Shown here piece by piece: positions 48,978-59,227 of a stretch of DNA of 64,000 bases. Source of the stretch: Candidatus Latescibacterota bacterium (lineage in GTDB: Bacteria; Latescibacterota; UBA2968); contig JAYODI010000012.1 in the NCBI GenBank assembly GCA_038279365.1, positions 3,859 to 67,858 on the forward strand, in the 5' to 3' direction. A program made the translations under genes and the position numbers. Below the pieces are notes generated by a model. That model did no database searches and was not told the DNA's origin. It saw nothing but the letters and a program-made list of their open reading frames with translations. The number at the start of each line of letters is the position of its first letter. The first letter of the stretch is position 1.

Positions 48978-50981
48978 ATGGCAACCGAACCTCTCAACCT
49001 CCCCGACAATTTCAATCCCAAAACCAACCTGCTCTCCAAAACCACCGAAAACGGTACCTTTCACGAATCTCGCGCAGGCGCAAGCCTGGCCGAACGTCTC
49101 CTCAAAAACGGCCACCCCAACGACATCACCCAAGCCATCAAAACCCTTGAAGCCACGTTGGCCTGCCAAGAAACCCACCCCAATGACCCCCATTATGGCA
49201 ACTTCTTTTGGATGGCCGAAGACGATGTGGTCGGCGACCTCAACGCCGTCGAATTTTGCCTCGAAAGCCTCATCCCCATGATGATTGGTCAGGGCAATCT
49301 TTTACCTCAAGACATGCAAAAACGCGTTCTCAACGCCATCCGTTTAGGTCTCGACGAAATACGACGCATCAATGTACGCGTCACCTACTCCAATATCACC
49401 GCCCTCGACATTCTCAACTCTTGCTTGGGTGGCGAACTTCTCAACGACGCAGCCATCTCTCAAAGAGGTTATGACAAACTCGAAGAATGGATGGCCTACA
49501 CCGACCTTAATGGCACCCCCCGGGAATTCAACAGTCCCACCTACATCGGCGTCTTTATCAACGCTTTTAAACGTCTCTCCGATCATGTACAACACAAACC
49601 CACCCAAGTGCGTGCCCGAACCATGGCGGCACGCCTCGCCTTTAGCGTGGGCCTCCACATTCACAAATCAACCGGTCGCTGGTCTGGCCCGCACAGCCGT
49701 GCCTATCACCCATCTGTCGTTTGTGAAGCCCCTGCCGAAATCAACCGTGTCAACCAATGGTTCGAATCGGGTGCCCTTCCCAAATGGGCCAATGACGTCC
49801 TCAACTACCCCACCCCCATCGACGTTATCGAAACCGCCGACCTCGAACTCAAAAGCTGTCTCACCACCCACCAAAGCAATTCATTTTGTTTGGGCACAGC
49901 CACACGCCAATATGGCGGTCAATCCGATGTTCTTATGGCCCATTACACCCGCGAAGGCACAGACCGCCCCGGCGTGCTCTACACCCGCTACCTCCTCAAC
50001 GACAAATGGTTGGGCGATTTCTACCATGCCACCGACCGCACCAAGTCGCGCAACCTCGTAGACGAAGGTCAATTTAGAGGCGTACAACACGGCTCTCGTG
50101 CCATTGGCCTTTACACCCCCCAAAGTGTGGGCAACATCACCAGTGCCAAAGCGTGCTTCATCTTCACCCAACGCGAACACATTGACGAAATTTGGGTCGG
50201 CAATCAACAAATCACAGCCCTACCCGCCGACGTGCCCGAAAACCAAACCATCACCATCGCTTCAGGCACCACGCTCTTTGCCATTTGCCCTCTTTCACGC
50301 ACAGATATTGGGCGCAATGCCCCCATTCGTCTTGTAGACAAACAAGGCGACCTCGTGCTTGAAACCTATAACTACCTCGGTTCAGAAAAATCCTTTTGGG
50401 AAATGCGCCCAGATGGCCCATTCTTTCAAGGCCACCCCAAAAACGGCATCTACATCGAAATGGCCGAACGCTCTGCTTATCCAAACGCGCAAACCTTTGG
50501 GCAAACAGTTTCCTCTGGTTCCCTAAGTGAAGAAACCGATGCACCCACGGTTTACGATGGCAAAACCCCACGCAACTGGCGCGTAGAATACGAACGTGAC
50601 AACCAAAAAATTGGCATCGAAATAGACCTGATGCAATGGGATCTGAAACGCCGTTGGACGCATGAGGGCGATCTCGACTTTCCCATGCTCACAGCACCCA
50701 TTGTTCATCAATCACGCAGTGGAAAAATAGAAATTGACCATGCATCACTTACATTTGGCAATGGCGCAGGGTGGCTTTACAAAAGCCCAAATCAAGACCT
50801 ATGCATTGCAGGGTATCACGGCCCCAACCCAGGGCCTATGACACTTACCCTACCCAATGGCCAAGTCGCAATCGAATCCCTCACATGTGGCACCATCATT
50901 TGGCAAAATGGCAAAGTAACCATTGATGCACTCAATCTAAAAAACGCGCCTCAAGTAACAGGTGGCCAACTCATTTCTTAA
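48978..50981 (+). CDS. Hypothetical protein with lyase/heparinase-like architecture
   Basis: YSNI, EFNSPTY and GPHSRAY motifs; helical N-half and beta-rich C-half. Confidence 0.55.
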   Translation: MATEPLNLPDNFNPKTNLLSKTTENGTFHESRAGASLAERLLKNGHPNDITQAIKTLEATLACQETHPNDPHYGNFFWMAEDDVVGDLNAVEFCLESLIPMMIGQGNLLPQDMQKRVLNAIRLGLDEIRRINVRVTYSNITALDILNSCLGGELLNDAAISQRGYDKLEEWMAYTDLNGTPREFNSPTYIGVFINAFKRLSDHVQHKPTQVRARTMAARLAFSVGLHIHKSTGRWSGPHSRAYHPSVVCEAPAEINRVNQWFESGALPKWANDVLNYPTPIDVIETADLELKSCLTTHQSNSFCLGTATRQYGGQSDVLMAHYTREGTDRPGVLYTRYLLNDKWLGDFYHATDRTKSRNLVDEGQFRGVQHGSRAIGLYTPQSVGNITSAKACFIFTQREHIDEIWVGNQQITALPADVPENQTITIASGTTLFAICPLSRTDIGRNAPIRLVDKQGDLVLETYNYLGSEKSFWEMRPDGPFFQGHPKNGIYIEMAERSAYPNAQTFGQTVSSGSLSEETDAPTVYDGKTPRNWRVEYERDNQKIGIEIDLMQWDLKRRWTHEGDLDFPMLTAPIVHQSRSGKIEIDHASLTFGNGAGWLYKSPNQDLCIAGYHGPNPGPMTLTLPNGQVAIESLTCGTIIWQNGKVTIDALNLKNAPQVTGGQLIS

Positions 50982-51001
50982 AAACAATATTGGAGTTTTT
51001 T

Positions 51002-53251
51002 ATGTCGCAAACTTTTGATATTGCACTCAAAACAGGTGCAACAGTAAGGGTGCAACCCATTTCAGAACACACCTTTCGCATTCGTCTGCGCCCCGACCAT
51101 CTTTTTGAAGAACCAGCCCTCATTCGTTACAACATTCTCAAAAATGATTGGCCAGAGACAAACATCCAACAAGAAGAAAACGATCAAAACACCACCCTTG
51201 TCACAACACAGACGCGCTTACTCGTCAATAAAAACAATGGGCAAATCACCTTCCAAAAAGCATCTGGCGAAACCTTACTCACCCAAACAGCCCCCCCCGT
51301 CTCTGACCCACAACGCGGTTTTCGCGCCGAGTTTGCACTGGCCCCCGAAACCAAGCTTTATGGTTTGGGCGATGAAACCCGTGAAACCATTCAGAAACGC
51401 GGACGCATCACCACCATGTGGGTTAAAAATGTATCGTGTTATGTACCCATTCCTATCTTACTAAGCACAAGCGGTTGGGCCATTCTTGCCAATACCACCC
51501 ACAAACATTACTTCGATTTAGGCCACAAAAAAACCGACCGTCTTGCTTTTGGTGGACGCACTGGAGAACTCGACTATTACCTCATTGCAGGTGAAGACCT
51601 TCCCACCCAAATAGACCGCTACACCGCCATTGCAGGAAAACCCCACCTGCTCCCTCTATATGGTTATGGTCTCACCTTTGTTTGCAACCAACAAGCCAAT
51701 GCCCGAGAAATGATCGACGACGGTCTGAATCTGCGTAGAGAAAACATCCCTTGCGATCTCATCGGTCTCGAACCCGGCTGGATGGCCACACGCTATGACT
51801 ACACCACCGAAAAAAAATGGCATCCAGAAAGGTTCTTCATCCCACCTTGGTCCCCCCAAGGTCCTGGAAATTTCTTTAATGCTCTCGACCGAATGGGCTT
51901 CAAAATGAGCCTATGGCTGTGCTGTGATTACGACTTAAGTTATGAAGAAGAACGGCGCGCAGGACAGCAGATAGACACGCGCTCAGGCCCCGATGATGTT
52001 CACCCCGACGATTTTGAACAAGACCAAAATTTTGGACATGGGCCCATTTACCAAGACAAACAAACCAAACCCGATGAAGCCTGGTTTGAACACCTTAAAA
52101 AATTTGTCGACCAAGGTGCATCTGCGTTTAAAATGGACGGAGCCCTGCAAGTCAACGAGCACCCAGACCGATTATATGGCAACGGCATGACCGATGCCGA
52201 AATGCACAACCTCTATCCCACATTGCTCAACAAACAAATGAGCTTAGGGTTTAAAGAACATACCCAACAACGCGCCATGATCTACAGCTCTGGTGGATAT
52301 TTGGGCATCCAACAATTTGCAGCCACCTGGGCAGGCGACACGGGCGGTGGCCCAAAACCACTGGTCTCCATTCTCAACCACGGCCTATCTGGTCACACCA
52401 ATGCCAGTTGTGATATGGATGTTTTCACCCCCGAAGGCATTCACTTCGGTTTCTTCATGCCCTGGAGTCAAGTTTGTAGCTGGGCCTATTGGCGGCACCC
52501 CTGGCTCTTAGGCGATCACCTAAGCAACATTTTCAAATTCTATGCACGGCTTCGTTATCGCCTCTTGCCTTACATTTACGCCATGGCACACCAAGCCACC
52601 CGCACTGGCCTACCCATTATGCGTGCCATGTCCCTATCCTTTCCCGACGACCCAAAGTCAGACGAACTCATCAACCAATACATGTTTGGCGATGCATTTC
52701 TTACCGGTGCATTTATAGATCAGATTCACCTGCCCGAAGGCCGTTGGATTAACTATTGGACAGGTGAAGTACACACTGGCCCCAAAGACCTCCCGTGTGA
52801 CACACCCGAAAATCGAGGCGGTCCACTTTTCATTCGCGCAGGAGCCATTATTCCCCATTGGCCAGACATGCAATACGTTGGGCAAAAACCCACCGACATT
52901 CTGGATTTGCATGTTTATCCACATCAAGACAGTTCATTCACGCTTTTTGAAGATGATGGTCTGTCTTATGAATATCAAGAAGGGGCAATGGCCACCACAG
53001 ACATTGGATGCAGTGCATCGCAAAACAACATCACCCTCGTTGTTGGATCACGTATGGGGACGTATCAGGACATGCCCATAAACCGGAGTTACAATCTTTA
53101 TATCTACACACCACAAATACCACAATCACTCACCATTGATGATCACCCCCTCAATACAGAAGAATGGTTTTACGACGAAACCCTTGGTGCCACTCGCCTC
53201 TCTGTCACCGAAGCTTCGGGTCGCTCAGTGACCGTGGCACTGGATCTATAA
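51002..53251 (+). CDS. Glycoside hydrolase family 31
   Basis: YGLG, FKMDG (nucleophile), WAGD (acid/base), LRYRLLPYIY, G.PIMRAM, QYMFG. Confidence 0.9.
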   Translation: MSQTFDIALKTGATVRVQPISEHTFRIRLRPDHLFEEPALIRYNILKNDWPETNIQQEENDQNTTLVTTQTRLLVNKNNGQITFQKASGETLLTQTAPPVSDPQRGFRAEFALAPETKLYGLGDETRETIQKRGRITTMWVKNVSCYVPIPILLSTSGWAILANTTHKHYFDLGHKKTDRLAFGGRTGELDYYLIAGEDLPTQIDRYTAIAGKPHLLPLYGYGLTFVCNQQANAREMIDDGLNLRRENIPCDLIGLEPGWMATRYDYTTEKKWHPERFFIPPWSPQGPGNFFNALDRMGFKMSLWLCCDYDLSYEEERRAGQQIDTRSGPDDVHPDDFEQDQNFGHGPIYQDKQTKPDEAWFEHLKKFVDQGASAFKMDGALQVNEHPDRLYGNGMTDAEMHNLYPTLLNKQMSLGFKEHTQQRAMIYSSGGYLGIQQFAATWAGDTGGGPKPLVSILNHGLSGHTNASCDMDVFTPEGIHFGFFMPWSQVCSWAYWRHPWLLGDHLSNIFKFYARLRYRLLPYIYAMAHQATRTGLPIMRAMSLSFPDDPKSDELINQYMFGDAFLTGAFIDQIHLPEGRWINYWTGEVHTGPKDLPCDTPENRGGPLFIRAGAIIPHWPDMQYVGQKPTDILDLHVYPHQDSSFTLFEDDGLSYEYQEGAMATTDIGCSASQNNITLVVGSRMGTYQDMPINRSYNLYIYTPQIPQSLTIDDHPLNTEEWFYDETLGATRLSVTEASGRSVTVALDL

Positions 53252-53257
53252 CCCAAT

Positions 53258-53289
53258 AAAAAAGGCGTGCTAAAAAGCACGCCTTTTTT
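53258..53289. terminator. Bidirectional terminator
   Basis: AAAAAAGGCGTGCT / AGCACGCCTTTTTT. Confidence 0.9.
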
Positions 53290-53312
53290 AAACTTTGTTC
53301 ACTCGCATCCTC

Positions 53313-55280
53313 TCACACCATCCCAAAAGAAATCTCCAAATCCCATACATCCACACGATTTAACCGCACAGAAATCATCTCACCAGGTGTCACATCCTTG
53401 TTCACTCGCACGTCGGTTTGCCAAGCAAAATCCACCACTTCCACTTTACAATTGTGTGACCACACATCCAAAACCAAAGCATCAAATGTTTGGCCGCGTA
53501 GAGCCATCAAATATTGACACAGCCAATAACGCTCCCGCAAACGCTCCAAACGCCCAATTGTACGCACCCGATCGGCATTGCCTTCACTCAAAGTATTAAG
53601 CATTTCTTCGTTATACGGCGCACCCTGACCAGACAAAAACCCAGACAACTGACGTTGGGTAACCAAGTCTAAATATCGGCGCAAAGGAGAGGTGACCTGA
53701 CAATAGGGCGTCACACCCAATCCTCCGTGGGTGCCAGGCGTCAAAGAAGTCGTTGCAGGGCGCATTTGTTTCAACACACGATACCGATGCAAACGTTCAT
53801 TTTCCGTGGGTTCCATCTCAGAAATGTCAGGTGCTTGTTGCACCCGATAAAAAACGGGGATCTCCTTTTCTGCACACAAGCGCCCCACCTCGGTATTGGT
53901 AAACACCATCAACTCGCTCACCAACAAATCGGCTCGCGAATGACGAGTTTGCACCGACACCGAAATGTCACCACCGTCCAATATTTCAACCCGACGATTG
54001 AGATTGGCCACCGACAAAGCCCCCGCATCAATGCGATTCATTAACAATTGCTCACCCACTTGAAACAACGCATTGAGCATTGGGTATCGAGGATGTGTTG
54101 ACTCATCTAAAATTGCATCTACTGCATCATAACTCAACTTTTCACGACATCGAATCACAGCACGCAAAAACTTTGTATCTCCCAACAATCCATCGCGTCC
54201 TACATTGCAAAGCATACTAATCACCAACCGATCTTTCCCGGGTTGCAAACTGCCCATGCCTTCTGATAATTGCGCAGGCAACATCGCTATTTTTTGATCG
54301 GGAAAATACAAACTTGCAGCCCGTTGAGCTGCATCCACATCCATAGCCGAATCCATCGGGATCAAAGCAGACACATCGGTGATATGTACCCCAATTTGAT
54401 ATGTGCCATCCTCAAAAAATTGTACCGATACGGCATCATCCATATCTTTGGTAGATGCATCATCAATGGTTACCGCATCCACGTGGCGCAAATCTTCTCG
54501 TGAAGAATCGGATAACAACGCGGCAAAGTCAATTGTGTCAACCGCATCAAGTGCCGCTTGCGAACATGGTACTTCAATGGCCTCGCGAATCAAGTCGAGA
54601 AACACATGTTTGTGCCACACACCTTGGGCAACCAATCGCTCAAATGCCCGCTTTGGTGGAACAACCTCCCCAACCATCCGTTCTAACCAACGCATCTCAC
54701 TGCTGTGTTCACCATTAACAACCACATCTTGAACACGACGTAGCCAATCTTCCTCTGGATCTCCTACCCCATTAACAAACCAATCAACAAACTTAAGCCG
54801 TTCCTCTTCACGCGCCTCCTCCTTAACCGCATGGGCCTCACGCAACAAAATCGTTTCGGTATCCAAAGCACGAAAATGAACCCCATCGGCTTCAAAATAA
54901 TCACCGCGCTCCAATGCCATCACAAAGGATGCCAATTGATTTGTATCCACATCATTGCCAAAATACAATTCGGCCAATTCTTCAAAAGCCCAAACACCGT
55001 CTTCTTCATTCACCAGCGTCCACAACTCCTGAAGGTGTACGTTTTGGCTTAATTGTTCTAGATCTTCTTGCCATTTCATCGCATCATTTTTATTCTCTGC
55101 CATTTGCCCAGTAAGCAACAACACATTCTCCAACGGAACATTGACCGACTCCTTAGGCGACACGGCAATACGCACCTTTGCACGCGCCGCCTGCAGGCAA
55201 ACCCCAGTCATTAACCGATTGCGATAGCGAAACAAAACAATCTCATTTTCGCGGGGTAATCGATCCAAAAAACACCTCAT
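53313..55280 (-). CDS. RNase II/R-family (RNB domain) exoribonuclease
   Basis: TIDDASTKDMDDA, HITDV, LVSELMV, TSPLRRYLDL. Start is ATG 55280 or TTG 55268. Confidence 0.92.
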   Translation of the reverse strand: MRCFLDRLPRENEIVLFRYRNRLMTGVCLQAARAKVRIAVSPKESVNVPLENVLLLTGQMAENKNDAMKWQEDLEQLSQNVHLQELWTLVNEEDGVWAFEELAELYFGNDVDTNQLASFVMALERGDYFEADGVHFRALDTETILLREAHAVKEEAREEERLKFVDWFVNGVGDPEEDWLRRVQDVVVNGEHSSEMRWLERMVGEVVPPKRAFERLVAQGVWHKHVFLDLIREAIEVPCSQAALDAVDTIDFAALLSDSSREDLRHVDAVTIDDASTKDMDDAVSVQFFEDGTYQIGVHITDVSALIPMDSAMDVDAAQRAASLYFPDQKIAMLPAQLSEGMGSLQPGKDRLVISMLCNVGRDGLLGDTKFLRAVIRCREKLSYDAVDAILDESTHPRYPMLNALFQVGEQLLMNRIDAGALSVANLNRRVEILDGGDISVSVQTRHSRADLLVSELMVFTNTEVGRLCAEKEIPVFYRVQQAPDISEMEPTENERLHRYRVLKQMRPATTSLTPGTHGGLGVTPYCQVTSPLRRYLDLVTQRQLSGFLSGQGAPYNEEMLNTLSEGNADRVRTIGRLERLRERYWLCQYLMALRGQTFDALVLDVWSHNCKVEVVDFAWQTDVRVNKDVTPGEMISVRLNRVDVWDLEISFGMV

Positions 55281-55318
55281 AAAAAATAAAGGGCAGGCGG
55301 GAGAAGAGCCCGCCTGCC
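55281..55318 (-). terminator. Terminator after the peroxiredoxin gene
   Basis: GGCAGGCGGG / CCCGCCTGCC followed by TTTATTTTTT on the minus strand. Confidence 0.8.
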
Positions 55319-55343
55319 AGACAACCATCATAAAATTATAAGT

Positions 55344-55787
55344 CTATATGGTAGGCAACAACGTTTCAGGGTGCTCCCGAGCAACCACTTCGGCATGCAC
55401 TTGTAACACCTTGCCATCGGGTCCAATAACATAAGAAATCCGTTTGGCAGCACCATCTTCGGCCGTTGCACAAGCACCATAGGCCAAACAAATTTCACGT
55501 TTGGTATCGCACAAAAGTGGATACGTAAAACCCTGCTCTGTTGCAAACTTGGCATTGGCATCCACACCATCTGTGCTCACACCCAAAATTTGTACATTTT
55601 TAGCATTGTATTCTTGGATTCGCGCCTGGAATCCTAAACCTTCAGCCGTTCAACCACCGGTACTGGCGCGTGGATAAAACCACATCACCACTGTTTTGCC
55701 CTGATAATCGCTAAGCGCAACTTCTTTTCCCGTGTGATCCAAAACGGAAAAACCAGGGGCAATATCACCAACCTTCAACATAGGCAT
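55344..55787 (-). CDS. bcp: BCP/PrxQ peroxiredoxin, predicted selenoprotein (147 aa)
   Basis: GAGGAG RBS, MPMLKVGDIAPGF...WFYPRASTGG-TGA-TAEGLGF...ILGVSTD. TGA (55650-55652) is in frame with the ORF-track fragment 55344-55586. Confidence 0.9.
55616..55634 (-). promoter_or_regulatory. Putative bacterial SECIS hairpin
   Basis: GGATTC-CAGGCGC-GAATCC starting 15 nt after the in-frame UGA, with G in the loop. Confidence 0.7.
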
Positions 55788-56017
55788 AAGTGCCTCCTCT
55801 ATGGGATGTTTCATCAACCAAACGAACGGGCATAATATAGGCTCAGAAAGCCAACAATGCCAGCATAATTACAACAGGATCATCGGATGTGTTTACAACT
55901 CATACCAAGCTATTGACACAACCACACACGTCGGGTATTTTTTACCACCTTATTTACAAATGACATCCATCTCATCAAACTTACCCCAATACCACCGCTC
56001 AAAGACTCGGAGTCGTT

Positions 56018-56590
56018 GTGTCATTTTTTGCACGCCACACCTTCAGCCTCATCTCTGCCACTGTTTTTATGCTCTTTGCCAGTCTTGTATTGTGGGCTTA
56101 TAACCACGATCTGGAACGTGACCTTCAACGCCCCATCTCCCCCACATACCCCACCGAACAAAGCAAAGTCATCATCGCTTACCACAATCGGCCAAACATC
56201 CCACACATCAATTATCTGCTTACCAACACGCTCACACAAAACCCGATCAAAAAAATAGCCTATACCCTTTTACTTGCAAGCAAACCACAACACAAAATCC
56301 TCACAGCTTATGCCTATTATGCCCAATTTGGCCAAGTCCAAGGTCTTGCCAAAGCCGCACACAGTTATTTTGGCGTTTCTGTCCAACACCTTTCCATAGG
56401 CGAAACACTCCTCCTGCTTGAGCTCGCACAAAATCCACACTTACCCATTACCACACCCACCACGGCCCTCCAATTGCGCGATCGCCTCTTGTCAGACCTT
56501 TACAACCACCACACCCTCACCCAAACACAATACCAAACCGAATGCCAAAAGGCACTCGCGCTCGCCGCAGACCATAAGCCAATCAATTAA
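56018..56590 (+). CDS. Degenerate peptidoglycan transglycosylase-like membrane protein
   Basis: TLTQN, AAHSYFG, LSIGETLLL resemble GT51 motifs; no EDxxFxxHxG motif. Confidence 0.6.
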   Translation: MSFFARHTFSLISATVFMLFASLVLWAYNHDLERDLQRPISPTYPTEQSKVIIAYHNRPNIPHINYLLTNTLTQNPIKKIAYTLLLASKPQHKILTAYAYYAQFGQVQGLAKAAHSYFGVSVQHLSIGETLLLLELAQNPHLPITTPTTALQLRDRLLSDLYNHHTLTQTQYQTECQKALALAADHKPIN

Positions 56591-56804
56591 AAATATTGCG
56601 CCTACAACTGGTCATACCAACATACCCAACCTTACCAAATCCCTCACCAAACCCAATCATTTCCATCTTGTCATCCGTTGTAAACCTTTAAATGCCCAAA
56701 TAGACCAAATTGTAACACAATCTTCACTTGCCCTTAATGTAAGCGAAACAAATTTTGTTTACTTTTGTGCGTCCAAAACGACACACCTTACGAAAGGAAG
56801 GGAT

Positions 56805-57644
56805 ATGGCACACGAAGACAAAGATATGGTTCTGGATTATTACCTCAAAGAACTCGCCACATCTCACCCATTATCTGGAGAACAAGAATGCAATTTGGCA
56901 GTACGCATGAAAAATGGTGACCAATCGGCACGCAACGAACTCATCGAAGCCAATTTGCGGTTTGTGGTCTCTATCGCGCTCAAATACAAAAACAGAGGCG
57001 TTCCCCTATCAGATTTAATCAGCGCAGGCAATGTGGGTCTCATCACCGCCACCGAGCGATTTGACGAAACACGAGGCTACAAATTTATCTCGTATGCAGT
57101 TTGGTGGATTCGCCAATCCATTTTACAAACTTTGGCAGAGCATGGGCGCTTGGTTCGCCTCCCCATCAATCGCTCCGATCTGTTGCGGCGCATCAACAAC
57201 TTTACCACCGACTTTCAACGTCAGCACAGTCGTCCCCCAACAGAAGAAGAGATGGCCAAAGAGTTTGACCTCTCCGAAGACCAAATTGTCGATACCTTAG
57301 CGCACAGCCCCGTAATCATGTCTCTCGACACCCCCGTGCGCAACGACAAAACATCCCTGCTCGAAATTATGCCCGACGACACCCAAGATTCACCCGAAAC
57401 AGCCATGCTCCAAAACGCGCTCAAAAACGACATCCACGACTTACTCGACACCCTCACCGATCGAGAAAGTGATGTCATTCGCCTCTACTTTGGCCTTGAA
57501 GGACAAGAGTGGACACTCGAATCCATTGCGCAAAAATACAACCTTACCCGAGAACGTGTGCGCCAAATCAAAGAAGTGGCGCTTCGCAAACTCCGTCATC
57601 CTATTCGTGGACGCAAACTTATTTCTTATGCAGAAGCCGTGTAA
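56805..57644 (+). CDS. RpoD/SigA-family sigma factor lacking region 1.1
   Basis: ANLRFVVSIA, DLISAGNVGL, KFISYAVWWIRQ, LTRERVRQI; GGAAGGG RBS. Confidence 0.93.
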   Translation: MAHEDKDMVLDYYLKELATSHPLSGEQECNLAVRMKNGDQSARNELIEANLRFVVSIALKYKNRGVPLSDLISAGNVGLITATERFDETRGYKFISYAVWWIRQSILQTLAEHGRLVRLPINRSDLLRRINNFTTDFQRQHSRPPTEEEMAKEFDLSEDQIVDTLAHSPVIMSLDTPVRNDKTSLLEIMPDDTQDSPETAMLQNALKNDIHDLLDTLTDRESDVIRLYFGLEGQEWTLESIAQKYNLTRERVRQIKEVALRKLRHPIRGRKLISYAEAV

Positions 57645-57708
57645 AAGCAGTGAAACGGCAAATGCAAAAGAAAAAACAAAAGCTTTCTTTCATCTGCCGT
57701 TTGCCGTC
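57642..57708. repeat. Inverted heptamer element, short copy
   Basis: TAAAAGCAGTGAAACGGCAAATG...CATCTGCCGTTTGCCGTC between convergent stops. Confidence 0.75.
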
Positions 57709-58220
57709 TACAACGTTTTATAATACGTCACGTTCTCTTGTCGAATGTCAAATCCAGCCTTTTCATAAGCACGTCGGGCTGGTGCATGACCTTCATCCAA
57801 CCCCGTGGTAACCGAAGCAAACCGCAACCCCATCGCTTTAAAAGAATCCAATACATAACGATGCATTGCAGCCCCCAATCCACGCCCTTGTAGATTGGGT
57901 GCTATTGCGTTGTTCCCAATCGTCCCCAATGATTTTTCCTTGTTGATACGCACGGTCACAAAGCCCACCACTTTCTCATCTGCCTCTTGAACCACCACAT
58001 AAAACCAATTGGGGTGATGTTCAAAGTGCCCGCGTACTTGTGTGGCCTTGCTGTCTTCCCAGTTGGCACATACCACCTCGTGCATCTCTGCCCCCATAAT
58101 CGTTCGGAAACTGTCATGGATACGTGCCCATGCACCTTTTGCAATTTCACACGCATCATCCACATCTTCTTTTTGTGCCTGACGTATCACATATCCCGAA
58201 GTTAAAACATGTTTTTCCAT
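57708..58220 (-). CDS. GNAT-family N-acetyltransferase
   Basis: QGRGLG, PARRAYEKAGF; AAGGTG RBS. Confidence 0.88.
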   Translation of the reverse strand: MEKHVLTSGYVIRQAQKEDVDDACEIAKGAWARIHDSFRTIMGAEMHEVVCANWEDSKATQVRGHFEHHPNWFYVVVQEADEKVVGFVTVRINKEKSLGTIGNNAIAPNLQGRGLGAAMHRYVLDSFKAMGLRFASVTTGLDEGHAPARRAYEKAGFDIRQENVTYYKTL

Positions 58221-58311
58221 ATCACACCTTTCATTTGACAAACCCGTTTGAATCCCTATCTTTGGTGCCGCAAAACATATTATCTATCTCTCACACATGA
58301 AGGAGCCTGTT

Positions 58312-59076
58312 ATGAAATTAGGGTTTGTTACCTACAACATTGCCAAAGATTGGGATGCGGCCACCATCATCGAAAAATGTAACGCATTGGGTTACCAAGG
58401 CGTTGAAGTGCGCACCACACATGCACACGGCATCGAACCCTCTCTTTCAGCCCAACAAAGAAGAGATGTACGCAAACAATTTGAAGATGGTGGCGTTGAA
58501 ATTGCCGGCATTGGTTCCATTCACGAATACCATTCCGACGACCCTGCCATTGTACGCGAAAACATCCATGCGACCATCGAATCGGCCAAACTCGCTGCAG
58601 ACATCGGTTGCCCAGGCGTAAAGGTGCGCCCAAATGGTTTGCAGGTAGACAAAGGCATTCCAGTAGAAAAAACGCTCGAACAAATTGGCAAAGCCGTTGG
58701 TGAATGTGCCGCTGCCGCCGCCGACTTGGGTGTGCAAATTCGTGTCGAAGTACACGGCAGAGAAACCAAACGCCCCGACTATATGCGCACCATCATGGAT
58801 CATGCCAACCACAGCAACGCTTATGTCTGTTGGAACTCAGACTTTGGCGAAGTTGAAAATGGCTCCATCCAAAAAAACTTTGATCTGCTCAAACACAAAA
58901 TTGGTTTGGTTCACATCACCGAGCTTTGGAAAACAGAATACCCTTGGCGCGAGCTCTTCTCATTGCTCAAAGCCCAAAATTACGCGGGTTATACATTGGC
59001 CGAAATCCCTGGCAACGAAGATGCCGACCGCATCTTAAGATATTACAAAGCCCTCTGGGATGCCTATACAGCATGA
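58312..59076 (+). CDS. Sugar-phosphate isomerase/epimerase (xylose-isomerase-like TIM barrel)
   Basis: GYQGVEVR, VEVHG, VHI, LAE; AAGGAG RBS. Confidence 0.85.
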   Translation: MKLGFVTYNIAKDWDAATIIEKCNALGYQGVEVRTTHAHGIEPSLSAQQRRDVRKQFEDGGVEIAGIGSIHEYHSDDPAIVRENIHATIESAKLAADIGCPGVKVRPNGLQVDKGIPVEKTLEQIGKAVGECAAAAADLGVQIRVEVHGRETKRPDYMRTIMDHANHSNAYVCWNSDFGEVENGSIQKNFDLLKHKIGLVHITELWKTEYPWRELFSLLKAQNYAGYTLAEIPGNEDADRILRYYKALWDAYTA

Positions 59077-59150
59077 TAATGCAAAATTTAACATTGGGTG
59101 GATGGTTCTTTTTTTAATTTTTTTATTGGACACTCATAACACACCAAAAC

Positions 59151-59219
59151 AAACGGCAAACATATGACCACCCATCTCCGTGGATCCATACGTTTGCCGT
59201 TTCACATTTGCCGTTTGCC
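59151..59219. repeat. Inverted heptamer element
   Basis: AAACGGCAAACATATG / CATACGTTTGCCGTTT (15 of 16 complementary), then CACATTTGCCGTTTGCC. Confidence 0.8.
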
Positions 59220-59227
59220 TTTTATCT

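Noticed and set aside
51002-53251. GH31 as a sulfoquinovosidase
   Set aside because: Lacks the WMADFGE nucleophile context typical of those enzymes.
55344-55787. bcp as a nonsense pseudogene
   Set aside because: The only stop is a TGA exactly at the catalytic Cys column, followed by a SECIS-like hairpin, with intact RBS and terminator.
56418-56804. 129-aa N-terminal extension of the sigma factor in the ORF track
   Set aside because: Overlaps the upstream gene and is low complexity; a good RBS precedes ATG 56805.
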